20,000 nt of DNA, from the NCBI GenBank assembly GCA_964007735.1, contig CAXGAI010000022.1, forward strand, positions 55,339-75,338. Direction: 5' to 3'. The notes under the pieces are model-generated. The model made no database searches. It had not been told where the DNA came from and was given only the letters and a program-made list of their open reading frames with translations. Position 1 is the first letter of the stretch, and every line of letters begins with the position of its first letter. Origin of the DNA: an uncultured Rhodopirellula sp. (GTDB lineage Bacteria; Planctomycetota; Planctomycetia; Pirellulales; Pirellulaceae). A program made the translations under genes and the position numbers. Shown piece after piece: positions 1 through 8,007 of the stretch.

Positions 1-1592
1 ACGTCATAAGCAGCATAGGTGCTGTCGTAGAAGTGCCGCGTATTGTTAAGTCTGGTTATCTCGGCGTTCGTTTCGTCAAGCCGTTCTTTGAAGTCACCAA
101 GTGTCCCTGCCAACTCTGCCTGAAGTTTGTCTGCGGGTGGCATTAAGTGTTCGGTATACCGCGATACTAAATATTTCTCAATGTCCGTGCGTTCCGCGTC
201 GTTCTTGGCAAAGGCCGCTTTGACGTCCTCGCGAACTTGGTCATCGATTCCCTCTAGCCGGATTTTAAACAGTTCGTTTTTTCGGGATTCAGCTTCGGCG
301 GCCAGTTGGTCGTTGAGTGTTTTAATCGTCTTGTCGACTTCAGCATCGCGTAACGCTTTCGCGTCTACTTGTTTCTTGCTGGCTAAAATTAAAGTCCTAT
401 CGGCAAAAGGAATCCAGTTATCGGGACTGTAGACCGTCATGAGGACCGATTGCAGTTGATAATATTCCTTCTGGCTTAATGGGTCGAATTTGTGATTGTG
501 GCATTTGGCACATTGAAGAGTCAGGCCCATCAAGCTTGAAGTCATGATTGAAACCTGAGCATCAATGGTTGGGTAGTAGTAGAAACCATTGACGTTTTTG
601 ATCGTGTTGAAGTCCGGACGGCTTGAGTCGGGACCCGTTCTCAGGAATCCCGTTGCATCTAATGCTTCGATGCTGTCGGCAGAAAGGCGGTCTGCCGTAT
701 GGTATTCATTGTAGTAGTTTGAGATTTCATCACCGGCTAATTGTTGGCGAACGAATTCGTCGTATGGTTTGTCAGCATTTAATGCCCGAATGACATAGTC
801 ACGATAACGCCAAATCAGTTGTCTGTCCTGATCGGCTGATAAAACCCCGGCTGAATCACTGTATCCTGCAATGTCGAGCCAGTGTCGACCCCATCGCTCG
901 CCATATTTGGGACTGGCCAGGAATTGGTCGACGAGGCGTTCGTAAGCATCTGGGCGGTCGTCCTGAACGAAATCCTCGATTTGCTCCGCACTAGGAGGAA
1001 GACCGTGCAGGTCAAACGATAATCTGCGAATAAGGGTGGCGCGAGTAGCTGCCGGTGAGTAGGATAATCCGTTTTTTTCAAGCTTCGCAAGCAAGAAATA
1101 GTCAATGGCGTTGGTGGCGAGGTTCGAGCTCTTGATCTCAGGTAATGGTACCGATTTAGGTGGATAGAAGGACCAGTAGTCCAGATCAAATTCGTCGTAA
1201 TGACCCTCGGAATTCTTGGAGGCGAGGACTTCATTATCATTGGCCACGGCTCCATCGTTAATCCACGTCCGGATGACGCCGATTTCTTCTTTTGTTAGCT
1301 TAACGCCTTGAAGAGGCATTTTTCCCGAGCTGACCACATCAAAGAGCAAACTGCTTTCTGCTGCCGAAACACGAATCGCAGGGCCACTTTTGCCCCCTAA
1401 AACAATACCGCCTTTACGACTAAGATCCAGCCCGGCTTTAGCTTTCTCTCCCTGATGACAGGACAAACAATGGGCTTGGAGTATCGGCAGAACGGCTGAC
1501 TCGAATACCAGCGGGCCCTTTTTAGGAGCTTCGTCCGAAAGACAGGTGTCGACGGACAGAAATGTAATCACGATAATAAGAAGACGGTTCAT
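1..1592 (-). CDS. Planctomycete cytochrome c (PSCyt1) + DUF1549 (PSCyt2) domain protein, PSD1/DUF1553 family; 3' end outside window
   Basis: Absent from the ORF track because there is no stop in the window. Manual translation from ATG at 1592 gives MNRLLIIVITFLSVDTCLS (signal-like), then FESAVLPILQAHCLSCH (CxxCH, 1455-1469), IRTWINDGA, YWSFYPP, NAIDYFLLAKL, RATLIRRLSFDLHGLPPS, SPKYGERWGRHWLDIAGYSDS, WRYRDYVIRALNADKPYDEFVRQQLAGDE and GLTLQCAKCHNHKFDPLSQKEYY (second CxxCH, 498-512). These are hallmark DUF1549 motifs. The frame stays open to the window edge. Confidence 0.93.
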   Translation of the reverse strand, partial: MNRLLIIVITFLSVDTCLSDEAPKKGPLVFESAVLPILQAHCLSCHQGEKAKAGLDLSRKGGIVLGGKSGPAIRVSAAESSLLFDVVSSGKMPLQGVKLTKEEIGVIRTWINDGAVANDNEVLASKNSEGHYDEFDLDYWSFYPPKSVPLPEIKSSNLATNAIDYFLLAKLEKNGLSYSPAATRATLIRRLSFDLHGLPPSAEQIEDFVQDDRPDAYERLVDQFLASPKYGERWGRHWLDIAGYSDSAGVLSADQDRQLIWRYRDYVIRALNADKPYDEFVRQQLAGDEISNYYNEYHTADRLSADSIEALDATGFLRTGPDSSRPDFNTIKNVNGFYYYPTIDAQVSIMTSSLMGLTLQCAKCHNHKFDPLSQKEYYQLQSVLMTVYSPDNWIPFADRTLILASKKQVDAKALRDAEVDKTIKTLNDQLAAEAESRKNELFKIRLEGIDDQVREDVKAAFAKNDAERTDIEKYLVSRYTEHLMPPADKLQAELAGTLGDFKERLDETNAEITRLNNTRHFYDSTYAAYD

Positions 1593-1710
1593 AGATTAAT
1601 TTTAACAACCATCTTCCGAACCTGCGAAATAATTATCACAATCCAGCCCGAACTGAAATCAAGAATCGCTAAAATAAATAAGGCATCAAACAGATAAGGG
1701 GAGAAGGATT

Positions 1711-2730
1711 GTGTCAAATTCATTCAGTCAGATAGGGTTGTTGTGCGTGATTACTGTGGTCTCTTTAGGGGCAAAAAACGCTACTCCATCTGCCCCGGAA
1801 GCCTATCGAGCCATTGTTTCCAAATTGGAAATACGGGAAACAGGGAATCTGATGTTTGCCCGCTATAATGGCGCGAACCTTCAAGTCTTGGAAGAATTCC
1901 TTGAACAATATCGATCAGGTATAGAGCATGAGAAAGTTCTTTACCTTCGAGCCCATACGATCTGGAGCCTCCATCGATATGATCAGGCGCCTGCGGCCTA
2001 CGCCGAATATATAAAACAGTACCCTGAGGGCCGCTTTACCAGGATTTCCCGTTTGCGTCAGGGAGCAGCTTATTTGTTCAGTGGGCAGTCAGCCAAAGCG
2101 TTGCCCTTGCTGCAGGCTTTGGAAAAAGATTACCCGGATCGCCCTGAAATGTATGGGCGTGAGTTGGCTTACGCCTACTCACGTACGGGGAAGCAGGAGC
2201 AGGCATTGTTTTTTATGGAAGTTGTTGAGGTGAAGATGCAGGCGGCGGGCAAGCAGAGATTGCTGCCCCGTTTGCAAAGTCATTTTGATATTATTCGCAT
2301 GGTAGGTAAGCCAGTACGCTCATTTAAGGTGCAGGATCACCGGTCGGGAAAAAAACTCAGTGACAGAAGTCTAAAAGGTAAAGTTGTATTTATAGATTTC
2401 TGGGCAACCTGGTGCGCCCCTTGTCTTGCTGAATTGCCCTACCTCCAAAAGGCTCATGCCCAACTTGCTAAGGAGGGGTTTGAAATATTGTCGATAAGCC
2501 TTGATGAAGATCGGGAAAGCTTTGAGCGGATGATCGACGCGAGAGATATGGATTGGTCCCATTTCTACGACGGAAAAAAATGGGATAATCAACTCGCCGG
2601 CGTATTTGAGATTCACAGTATCCCGGCCAATCTATTAGTTGATAAAGAGGGGATCGTCAGAGCCGTCAATCTGCGAGGTCAGGCTGTGCTAGATGAAGCG
2701 AAAGCCTTGCTTCGACAGAAAGCTAAATGA
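1711..2730 (+). CDS. Exported TPR + TlpA/ResA-family thiol-disulfide oxidoreductase
   Basis: N-terminal hydrophobic signal and a TPR/BamD-like helical region (YAEYIKQYPEG, LEKDYPD). C-terminal TlpA domain: LKGKVVFIDFWATWCAPCLAELP, ILSISLD, FEIHSIPANLLVDKEG. GTG start after a purine-rich RBS. Confidence 0.9.
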   Translation: MSNSFSQIGLLCVITVVSLGAKNATPSAPEAYRAIVSKLEIRETGNLMFARYNGANLQVLEEFLEQYRSGIEHEKVLYLRAHTIWSLHRYDQAPAAYAEYIKQYPEGRFTRISRLRQGAAYLFSGQSAKALPLLQALEKDYPDRPEMYGRELAYAYSRTGKQEQALFFMEVVEVKMQAAGKQRLLPRLQSHFDIIRMVGKPVRSFKVQDHRSGKKLSDRSLKGKVVFIDFWATWCAPCLAELPYLQKAHAQLAKEGFEILSISLDEDRESFERMIDARDMDWSHFYDGKKWDNQLAGVFEIHSIPANLLVDKEGIVRAVNLRGQAVLDEAKALLRQKAK

Positions 2731-2806
2731 AGCGAAACTAATTGCCTTGGATTTGGTTTAATGACAATGGGGCGTTAGAAAATTACTTAGTTGGAGTGAA
2801 AAGCGG

Positions 2807-3805
2807 ATGAGATTCGGGATGTGTTTGTTACCTCTTCTAACACTGCTGGTGGGAATGCCCCCCGTAGATGCTGAAGAGAACCCTGCGGTTCGTATTGTCT
2901 GGCATGCCAACCTTGAAAAAGGTCTCGCATTGGCTAAACAAACCAATCGGCCTGTCTTTCTAGTCTCCGGGGCACCTGCCTGTCTTGGCGTTCCAGGCAT
3001 TTGGTGACCAGGGTTTACTGGTTCAACCAGTCGGTTCCTGGTTCAGGAACCTGTCGTAGAAGCATCGCGTGATTGGGTCTGTATTCGGTTGCTTACTTAT
3101 GAAAGTGAGAGTGAGTATAAATATATGGAACAATTGCTGGGGGTCACTGACGGGACATTGCCGAACACAGTGTTTTGTCTGCTATCCCCGGACGGCAAGA
3201 CAAAGTTGACTCGGCCTACACGTGGCCCCAGTATTTTTCGCACACCGGAGAATATGGCTGTTCAGATGAAACGTTTGGCATCTCGCTATAAGCCGGCTGT
3301 GCCAAACTCCTTTGTTGCACCGGTTCCTCTTGTTGACCGAGTCGATCTGGCAATGAATGTGGCTGCCAGTGATAATCGTCCGCTGGTCGTCTTTTATCAC
3401 CCCTCCTCAGCCGATTTGAAGATGTTGGTTGAATCCTCCAGACCGATTGTTTGGGATGCCGAATTGGCGGGCCAATTTATGTACGCGGCCACATCCAGCA
3501 AAGAAGACCTTAAGGCCATGGTTAATGCATCCGGCGACGCCGGAGTTTATATCGTGGAACCTGACGAATATGGGGTGTCAGGTAAAATCGTACGCCACGT
3601 CGAATGGGATGAAGTGGCAGACAGCCTTAATCGCGAATTGTTACGTGCTCTGGTGAAATTTGAGCCGTTTCAAAAGAATCATCAACAACATATTCGAGAT
3701 GGCTATGTATTTGGGATCGAGTGGGAAACGATTGTGCCTGAATCAGATCCGATGTCTGTTCAGGCGAAGCGACGATTTAAGTCCCGCTTCAACGGAATGG
3801 ATTAA
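2807..3805 (+). CDS. Putative exported thioredoxin-fold selenoprotein (Sec at codon 67, TGA 3005-3007), 332 aa
   Basis: Track ORFs 2807..3007 and 3089..3805 are in the same frame and separated only by the TGA. The intervening codons read PGFTGSTSRFLVQEPVVEASRDWVCIR without a stop. A signal peptide is followed by the Trx-like N-terminus IVWHANLEKGLALAKQTNRPVFLVSGAPACLGVPGIW-U-PG. GGAG RBS at 2793-2796. Hairpins follow the TGA. Confidence 0.8.
3008..3051 (+). promoter_or_regulatory. Candidate bacterial SECIS element
   Basis: Directly 3' of the in-frame TGA: stems CCAGG(3008-3012)/CCTGG(3037-3041) and ACTGGT(3017-3022)/ACCAGT(3026-3031). An alternative perfect 8-bp hairpin GGTTCCTG-GTT-CAGGAACC (3033-3051) has a G-initiated apical loop 34 nt after the UGA. 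Confidence 0.55.
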
Positions 3806-3808
3806 ACG

Positions 3809-4648
3809 ATGAACTCCAGAGTTTGGTATTTTTTTCTTGGCATGCTTGTTGTCGCGGTGAGTGAAGCCAACCAGAAGCCCGCCGGGGAAGGTTTTCGGGG
3901 GCCAACGGTTGTTGCCCACCGTGGATTGATTCTCGATGCGCCTGAAAATACGCTCGCGAGCTTTAAGGCATGCCTGGAGTTGGGTTTTGGCTTTGAATTG
4001 GATGTACAGCGGACCAAGGATGGGCATTTGATGTGCCTGCATGATACGACGATCGATCGTACGACCGGTGGTAAGGGCCCCCTGTCTGAACTAACTCGGT
4101 ATCAAACCGTTGGTTTAGATGCCGGCAGTTGGTTTTCCCGACGCTTTAAGAATCAGCGCATCCCTGGAATAGATCAGGTATTCAGTTTGATTGCGTCCTA
4201 CCCCAAATCGTCAGCAATTTATGCTGTCGATATTAAACTGGATGATGCAAAGGTTGAAACGGATCTGGTCGTCCTGGCAAAGAAGTATGATATTCTTGAT
4301 CGGCTTTTGTTCATTGGGAATACAATACAGGATGCTCAGGTTAGACAAAGGCTATATGCGGCAGACCGAACTGTACAGATGGCGGCCGTTGCCCACGATT
4401 CTAAGGAACTTGTCGTCTCGCTTGCCAATCCACTGACGACATGGGTTTATGTGCGTTACCTCCCCAGTCCTGCAGAGATCACTAAGATTCGTGCCCGAGG
4501 GAAACGGATCTTTATCGCCGGGAACACGGTTGCAGGTCACCAAGCTGATAATTGGGCGTATTGTATTGGCCATGGTGTCGACGCAATTCTGACCGATTAT
4601 GCAATGGAACTCGGGCGTCAGCTTCGCCGTTCCCATCAGGCTAAGTGA
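3809..4648 (+). CDS. Glycerophosphodiester phosphodiesterase (GDPD) family protein, exported
   Basis: VVAHRG, PENTLASF, FELDVQRTKDG, HDTTIDRTT, LDAGSWF and terminal GVDAILTD motifs. N-terminal signal peptide. Starts 3 nt after the upstream stop, suggesting an operon. Confidence 0.92.
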   Translation: MNSRVWYFFLGMLVVAVSEANQKPAGEGFRGPTVVAHRGLILDAPENTLASFKACLELGFGFELDVQRTKDGHLMCLHDTTIDRTTGGKGPLSELTRYQTVGLDAGSWFSRRFKNQRIPGIDQVFSLIASYPKSSAIYAVDIKLDDAKVETDLVVLAKKYDILDRLLFIGNTIQDAQVRQRLYAADRTVQMAAVAHDSKELVVSLANPLTTWVYVRYLPSPAEITKIRARGKRIFIAGNTVAGHQADNWAYCIGHGVDAILTDYAMELGRQLRRSHQAK

Positions 4649-5987
4649 GCCCGGGCAGTTCGTCGTCGGCAGTCCCGAAGTGATCCACATTGACTCCCAT
4701 ACGATGAAGCATTGAGAGATAATATCCATTGAGGTCAGTGTTTTTTGAGTAATCTAGATAACGCCCGGTTTTAATGTTCAGGTTGGAGCCACCGGCAAAT
4801 AACACTGGCAGATTGTCTGCTGAGTGTTCGTGACCGTCCCCTAAACTAGACCCGTAAACGATCATTGAGTTATCCAGTAAGGTGGCGTCTCCTTCTTTGA
4901 TTCCACGCATTTGGTCGAGTAGGTATGCGACTTGCTCATGATGCCAACGCGTTACGGCATTGTACATCCCGCGTTTCTCTTTGACGCTGGACCAACTGGT
5001 GAGCCCATCATCATCTTCCGTTTCACCGGAGATATCATGGTAATGAGATAACGCATGCCATGTTCCCTCGACTCCGTCGATAAAGTTGAAATATCGATTG
5101 CTTTGTCCGTGATCAAGCATGAACGTTGAAACTCGAGTGGCATCTGCCCAAAATCCTAATACGATCATATCCAGCATCAGTTTCATATATTCGCCGTGAT
5201 CCGCCGGGATGCCTGCTGCAGGCCGTTTTAGTCGCTCGTTGAGCAAGTCATTGTCTTGCGCAAGGGCAGCTTGTTTGTCGGAGAACTTCAGCCGTCGTTC
5301 GATGGCCTGTATAGAGGTTAAATATTGATCTAACTTGTCCCTATCCACAGCTCCTAACTGTTGCTGTAAAGATTTGGCATCTTCTAAAATTAGATCCAGT
5401 ACGCTACTATCCGGCGCAAATTGATCTGAAGTACGGAACATTTGGTCAAAGATGATTCGGGGTTCAATTTCGCGGGCTGCTGGCGTTTGTCTATCGATCC
5501 AGGAGATCGTATTGCGAGGAAGGCTTTTAGAGAAGAATCCCTCGCCGCGGACTGACAACTGTAGCGAGTCAAGGAGTGTATCCTGACCTACATGTTTCGC
5601 AGCTAATTGGTCAACGGACATTCCACCTGCACTAACCTCGCGTCCAGAGTATTCACCACCTGTTAGCCAAGTGGCGGTTCCCGCCATATGTCCATTGCCA
5701 CGGGGTGTCCAAACATTGCGAGGAATGAGTAAGTCTTTTTTATGCCTGTCCAGCGGACTCATCCATGGATTCAGCTTCTCAAGTGTGCCGTCGGCCCCGG
5801 TTTTCTCTGGCCTCCAACTCCCTTCCGCCACACCGTTTGGGAAATACAGAAAGGCCATCCGTGCCTGGGGGGCTTGCTTATCGAACTCCCCGTTCGCATC
5901 GGACATGCATTCAAGAAGCGGTAAAGCCAGAGACGCGCCGATTCCCCGGAGGACCGAGCGACGTGAAAGATGCCACGGTTTATTCAT
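4641..5987 (-). CDS. DUF1552 domain protein (Tat-like signal)
   Basis: LSRRSVLRGIGASLALPLLE, RMAFLYFPNGV, SVDQLAA, SVLDLILEDAKSL, DKLDQYLTSI, DATRVSTFM, HALSH, TLLDNSMIVYGS and NLPVLFAGG. Likely start is ATG 5987 (GAGG RBS), which overlaps the stop of the upstream DUF1592 gene. Confidence 0.92.
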   Translation of the reverse strand: MNKPWHLSRRSVLRGIGASLALPLLECMSDANGEFDKQAPQARMAFLYFPNGVAEGSWRPEKTGADGTLEKLNPWMSPLDRHKKDLLIPRNVWTPRGNGHMAGTATWLTGGEYSGREVSAGGMSVDQLAAKHVGQDTLLDSLQLSVRGEGFFSKSLPRNTISWIDRQTPAAREIEPRIIFDQMFRTSDQFAPDSSVLDLILEDAKSLQQQLGAVDRDKLDQYLTSIQAIERRLKFSDKQAALAQDNDLLNERLKRPAAGIPADHGEYMKLMLDMIVLGFWADATRVSTFMLDHGQSNRYFNFIDGVEGTWHALSHYHDISGETEDDDGLTSWSSVKEKRGMYNAVTRWHHEQVAYLLDQMRGIKEGDATLLDNSMIVYGSSLGDGHEHSADNLPVLFAGGSNLNIKTGRYLDYSKNTDLNGYYLSMLHRMGVNVDHFGTADDELPGLT

Positions 5988-7854
5988 GATTAGCCTCACT
6001 TAGTTTCTGAGGAGCCAACTTATTTTGAAATGGATAGCTGTAGATAATGCTCTTGATGAGGGTGTGTAATTTGAAATTGTTGGCCTCCATCTCTTTATAG
6101 ATAGAACTAATTGCCGGTTCGTCATAGTATTCAAGTTGACGACCCAACGCATAGGATAATAACCTGCGAGTAAGCTGTTTTACGAATTCTTCGTGATAAC
6201 TACCAACGATAGCGAGCTTTAAACCGGCCGGACCGTTCACTTTAGTCCCATTTGATAGGGTGGTCTGCGTGCTGATAACCCTGCCTCGATAACGAGTCTG
6301 GTAACGTCCAAAGAAATCAAAGCTTTCAAGCGCCACGCCGAGTGGATCGATTTGGTCATGGCATGAAGCACAACGTTTGTTTTCTCGATGTAGTGCTAGT
6401 TTTTCTGCGGTGGATAAGTCACGCCGACGTTCAACACTAGGTTCAAATTCAGCAGCTCCCGGAGGTGGTGGAGGTGGTGGAGTGCCGAGTATTGTAGTCA
6501 GCACCCAGTTCCCTCGTACGATAGGACTCGTGCGACCGGGGAATGAGGTGACAGCTAGCAGACTACCCTGCCCCAGCAACCCACCACGATGGGGAGAGGT
6601 GAGATTGATTTTTCTCATCTCAGCGCCGCGAATGCCGGGGATACGATAATGTCTTGCGAGCTCTTCATTGATAAAGGTATAGTCTGCCAATAAGAGTTCT
6701 GTAGCGGAAACGTCGTTGCGGAACGCGTGATTGATCAGCATTGACGTTTCCTGCCTCATAGCGGTCATGAGCGTGTCGGTACACCAGGGGTTGTCAATGG
6801 GATCCATGCGGATACGAGTCCCCAGATGCTGAAAGCCAAGCCACTGGCCTCCAAAGATGTCCCCTAGAGTGTCCGCTCTGGGAGAATCCAACATGCGTTG
6901 AATTTGTTCCGCGAGGACCGTTTTGTCAAACAACCTTTCCTCCTTTGCGAGTTTGAAAAGTTGGTCGTCCGGCATGCTTGCCCATAGAAAATAGGAGAGT
7001 CGGTTTGCCATGTCATAATCAGAGATTTGGAACTCTTCGTCCCGTGCAAGCATCGCTTCAGATTTGAATAGGAACTGCGGGGAAATCAGGGCCGTATCGA
7101 TGATTTTCTTGTACGCTTGGCTGAGGTCTTTTGTTTTCCTGTAGGTGGCAAGGAACAAGGCCTGATACCGTTCTTTTTCTTGCTCTGTGGCTGGTCGGCG
7201 AAACGCCCGGGAGAGAAAGGTATGCAGGAACAGTGCTGGCGTCACCGGACCTTCTACACTTAGATTTATTGCTAGAAGTGCATGTAAATCTGAATATTCG
7301 TCTCGGAGGATCGTATTGCTGATTTCGTCGGAAGCATGGACGAAACGCTCGAATAACTGAGGTTGGAGAAAGAGCGTGTTGGCGGAGTTGTCAAAGCCGC
7401 TTTTACCAGTTAAGTCGGCCGGGAACTTTGAACTGGGGCTCAGTTCGATTCCAAAAAGATCTGACAGAGTGTTATCGTATTCGATATTGGATAGCCGTCT
7501 CGCAGGCTCGTAACCAGGGTTCTGGATCGTCGAGTAATCAAAATGATCGATTTTGTTGACAAGAAGCTTCAGCATCGTCTGCCGGTCTTGCGAGCTCGGT
7601 TGCTCAGAATCTTCAGGTGGCATTTCCCCACCCTTGATTCGATCGATGACGGTTTTCCATTGCTGAGCGTTACGAACGAGAGGTTTTTGTTGTAGTAGCC
7701 CGGGTACGTCCAGTTGGCCCTGTGCTTCATCTGAATTGTGGCAGTCGGCACAGTGTCTTTCGAGAAGTTGTTCAAGCTGCTGCGCGTGAGCATATTCGGC
7801 GAGGCCGAAAAAAGAGACGGTAAATACCCAAATCAGTGTTCTCATGTTTCTCAT
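5980..7854 (-). CDS. DUF1592-family protein (PSCyt1, DUF1587, DUF1595, DUF1592, DUF1588, DUF1585), two CxxCH motifs
   Basis: Signal peptide, then CADCH, EMPP, RRLSNIEYDNTLSDL, GFDN, RAFRRP, SPQFLF, ANRLSYFLWASMPD, RGGLLGQ, TSPIVRGNWVL, PPPPP, CASCH, DPLGVALESFD and LLSYALGR. The start could also be ATG 7845. Confidence 0.93.
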   Translation of the reverse strand: MRNMRTLIWVFTVSFFGLAEYAHAQQLEQLLERHCADCHNSDEAQGQLDVPGLLQQKPLVRNAQQWKTVIDRIKGGEMPPEDSEQPSSQDRQTMLKLLVNKIDHFDYSTIQNPGYEPARRLSNIEYDNTLSDLFGIELSPSSKFPADLTGKSGFDNSANTLFLQPQLFERFVHASDEISNTILRDEYSDLHALLAINLSVEGPVTPALFLHTFLSRAFRRPATEQEKERYQALFLATYRKTKDLSQAYKKIIDTALISPQFLFKSEAMLARDEEFQISDYDMANRLSYFLWASMPDDQLFKLAKEERLFDKTVLAEQIQRMLDSPRADTLGDIFGGQWLGFQHLGTRIRMDPIDNPWCTDTLMTAMRQETSMLINHAFRNDVSATELLLADYTFINEELARHYRIPGIRGAEMRKINLTSPHRGGLLGQGSLLAVTSFPGRTSPIVRGNWVLTTILGTPPPPPPPGAAEFEPSVERRRDLSTAEKLALHRENKRCASCHDQIDPLGVALESFDFFGRYQTRYRGRVISTQTTLSNGTKVNGPAGLKLAIVGSYHEEFVKQLTRRLLSYALGRQLEYYDEPAISSIYKEMEANNFKLHTLIKSIIYSYPFQNKLAPQKLSEANHE

Positions 7855-8007
7855 TCTAGTAAAACGTGCTTTTGGGGTGCAGGGGAGACATTGGGTGTAA
7901 TTAAATGAAAGTCGGCCAAAGAAAGCATATTTGGTACAATCGATGGTATTAGTCCTTCATTGCGACTCTGTTTTTGCGCGTTATAGAAGTGGAATTCCGG
8001 GGAAAGT

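Noticed and set aside
127..1255. Track ORFs 127..432 (+) and 815..1255 (-)
   Set aside because: Both are antisense or off-frame shadows of the DUF1549 gene that occupies 1-1592.
2728..2780. TGA stop of the TlpA gene as another Sec codon
   Set aside because: The domain is already complete. Read-through adds only about 15 residues before a TAG, with no redox-motif context.
4646..4648. TGA stop of GDPD as a recoding site
   Set aside because: It falls at the normal GDPD C-terminus and overlaps the convergent DUF1552 stop, so it is an ordinary terminator codon.
6458..6482. GGT/GGA trinucleotide-like run
   Set aside because: It encodes the conserved poly-Pro motif of DUF1588 on the minus strand and is not an independent repeat element.
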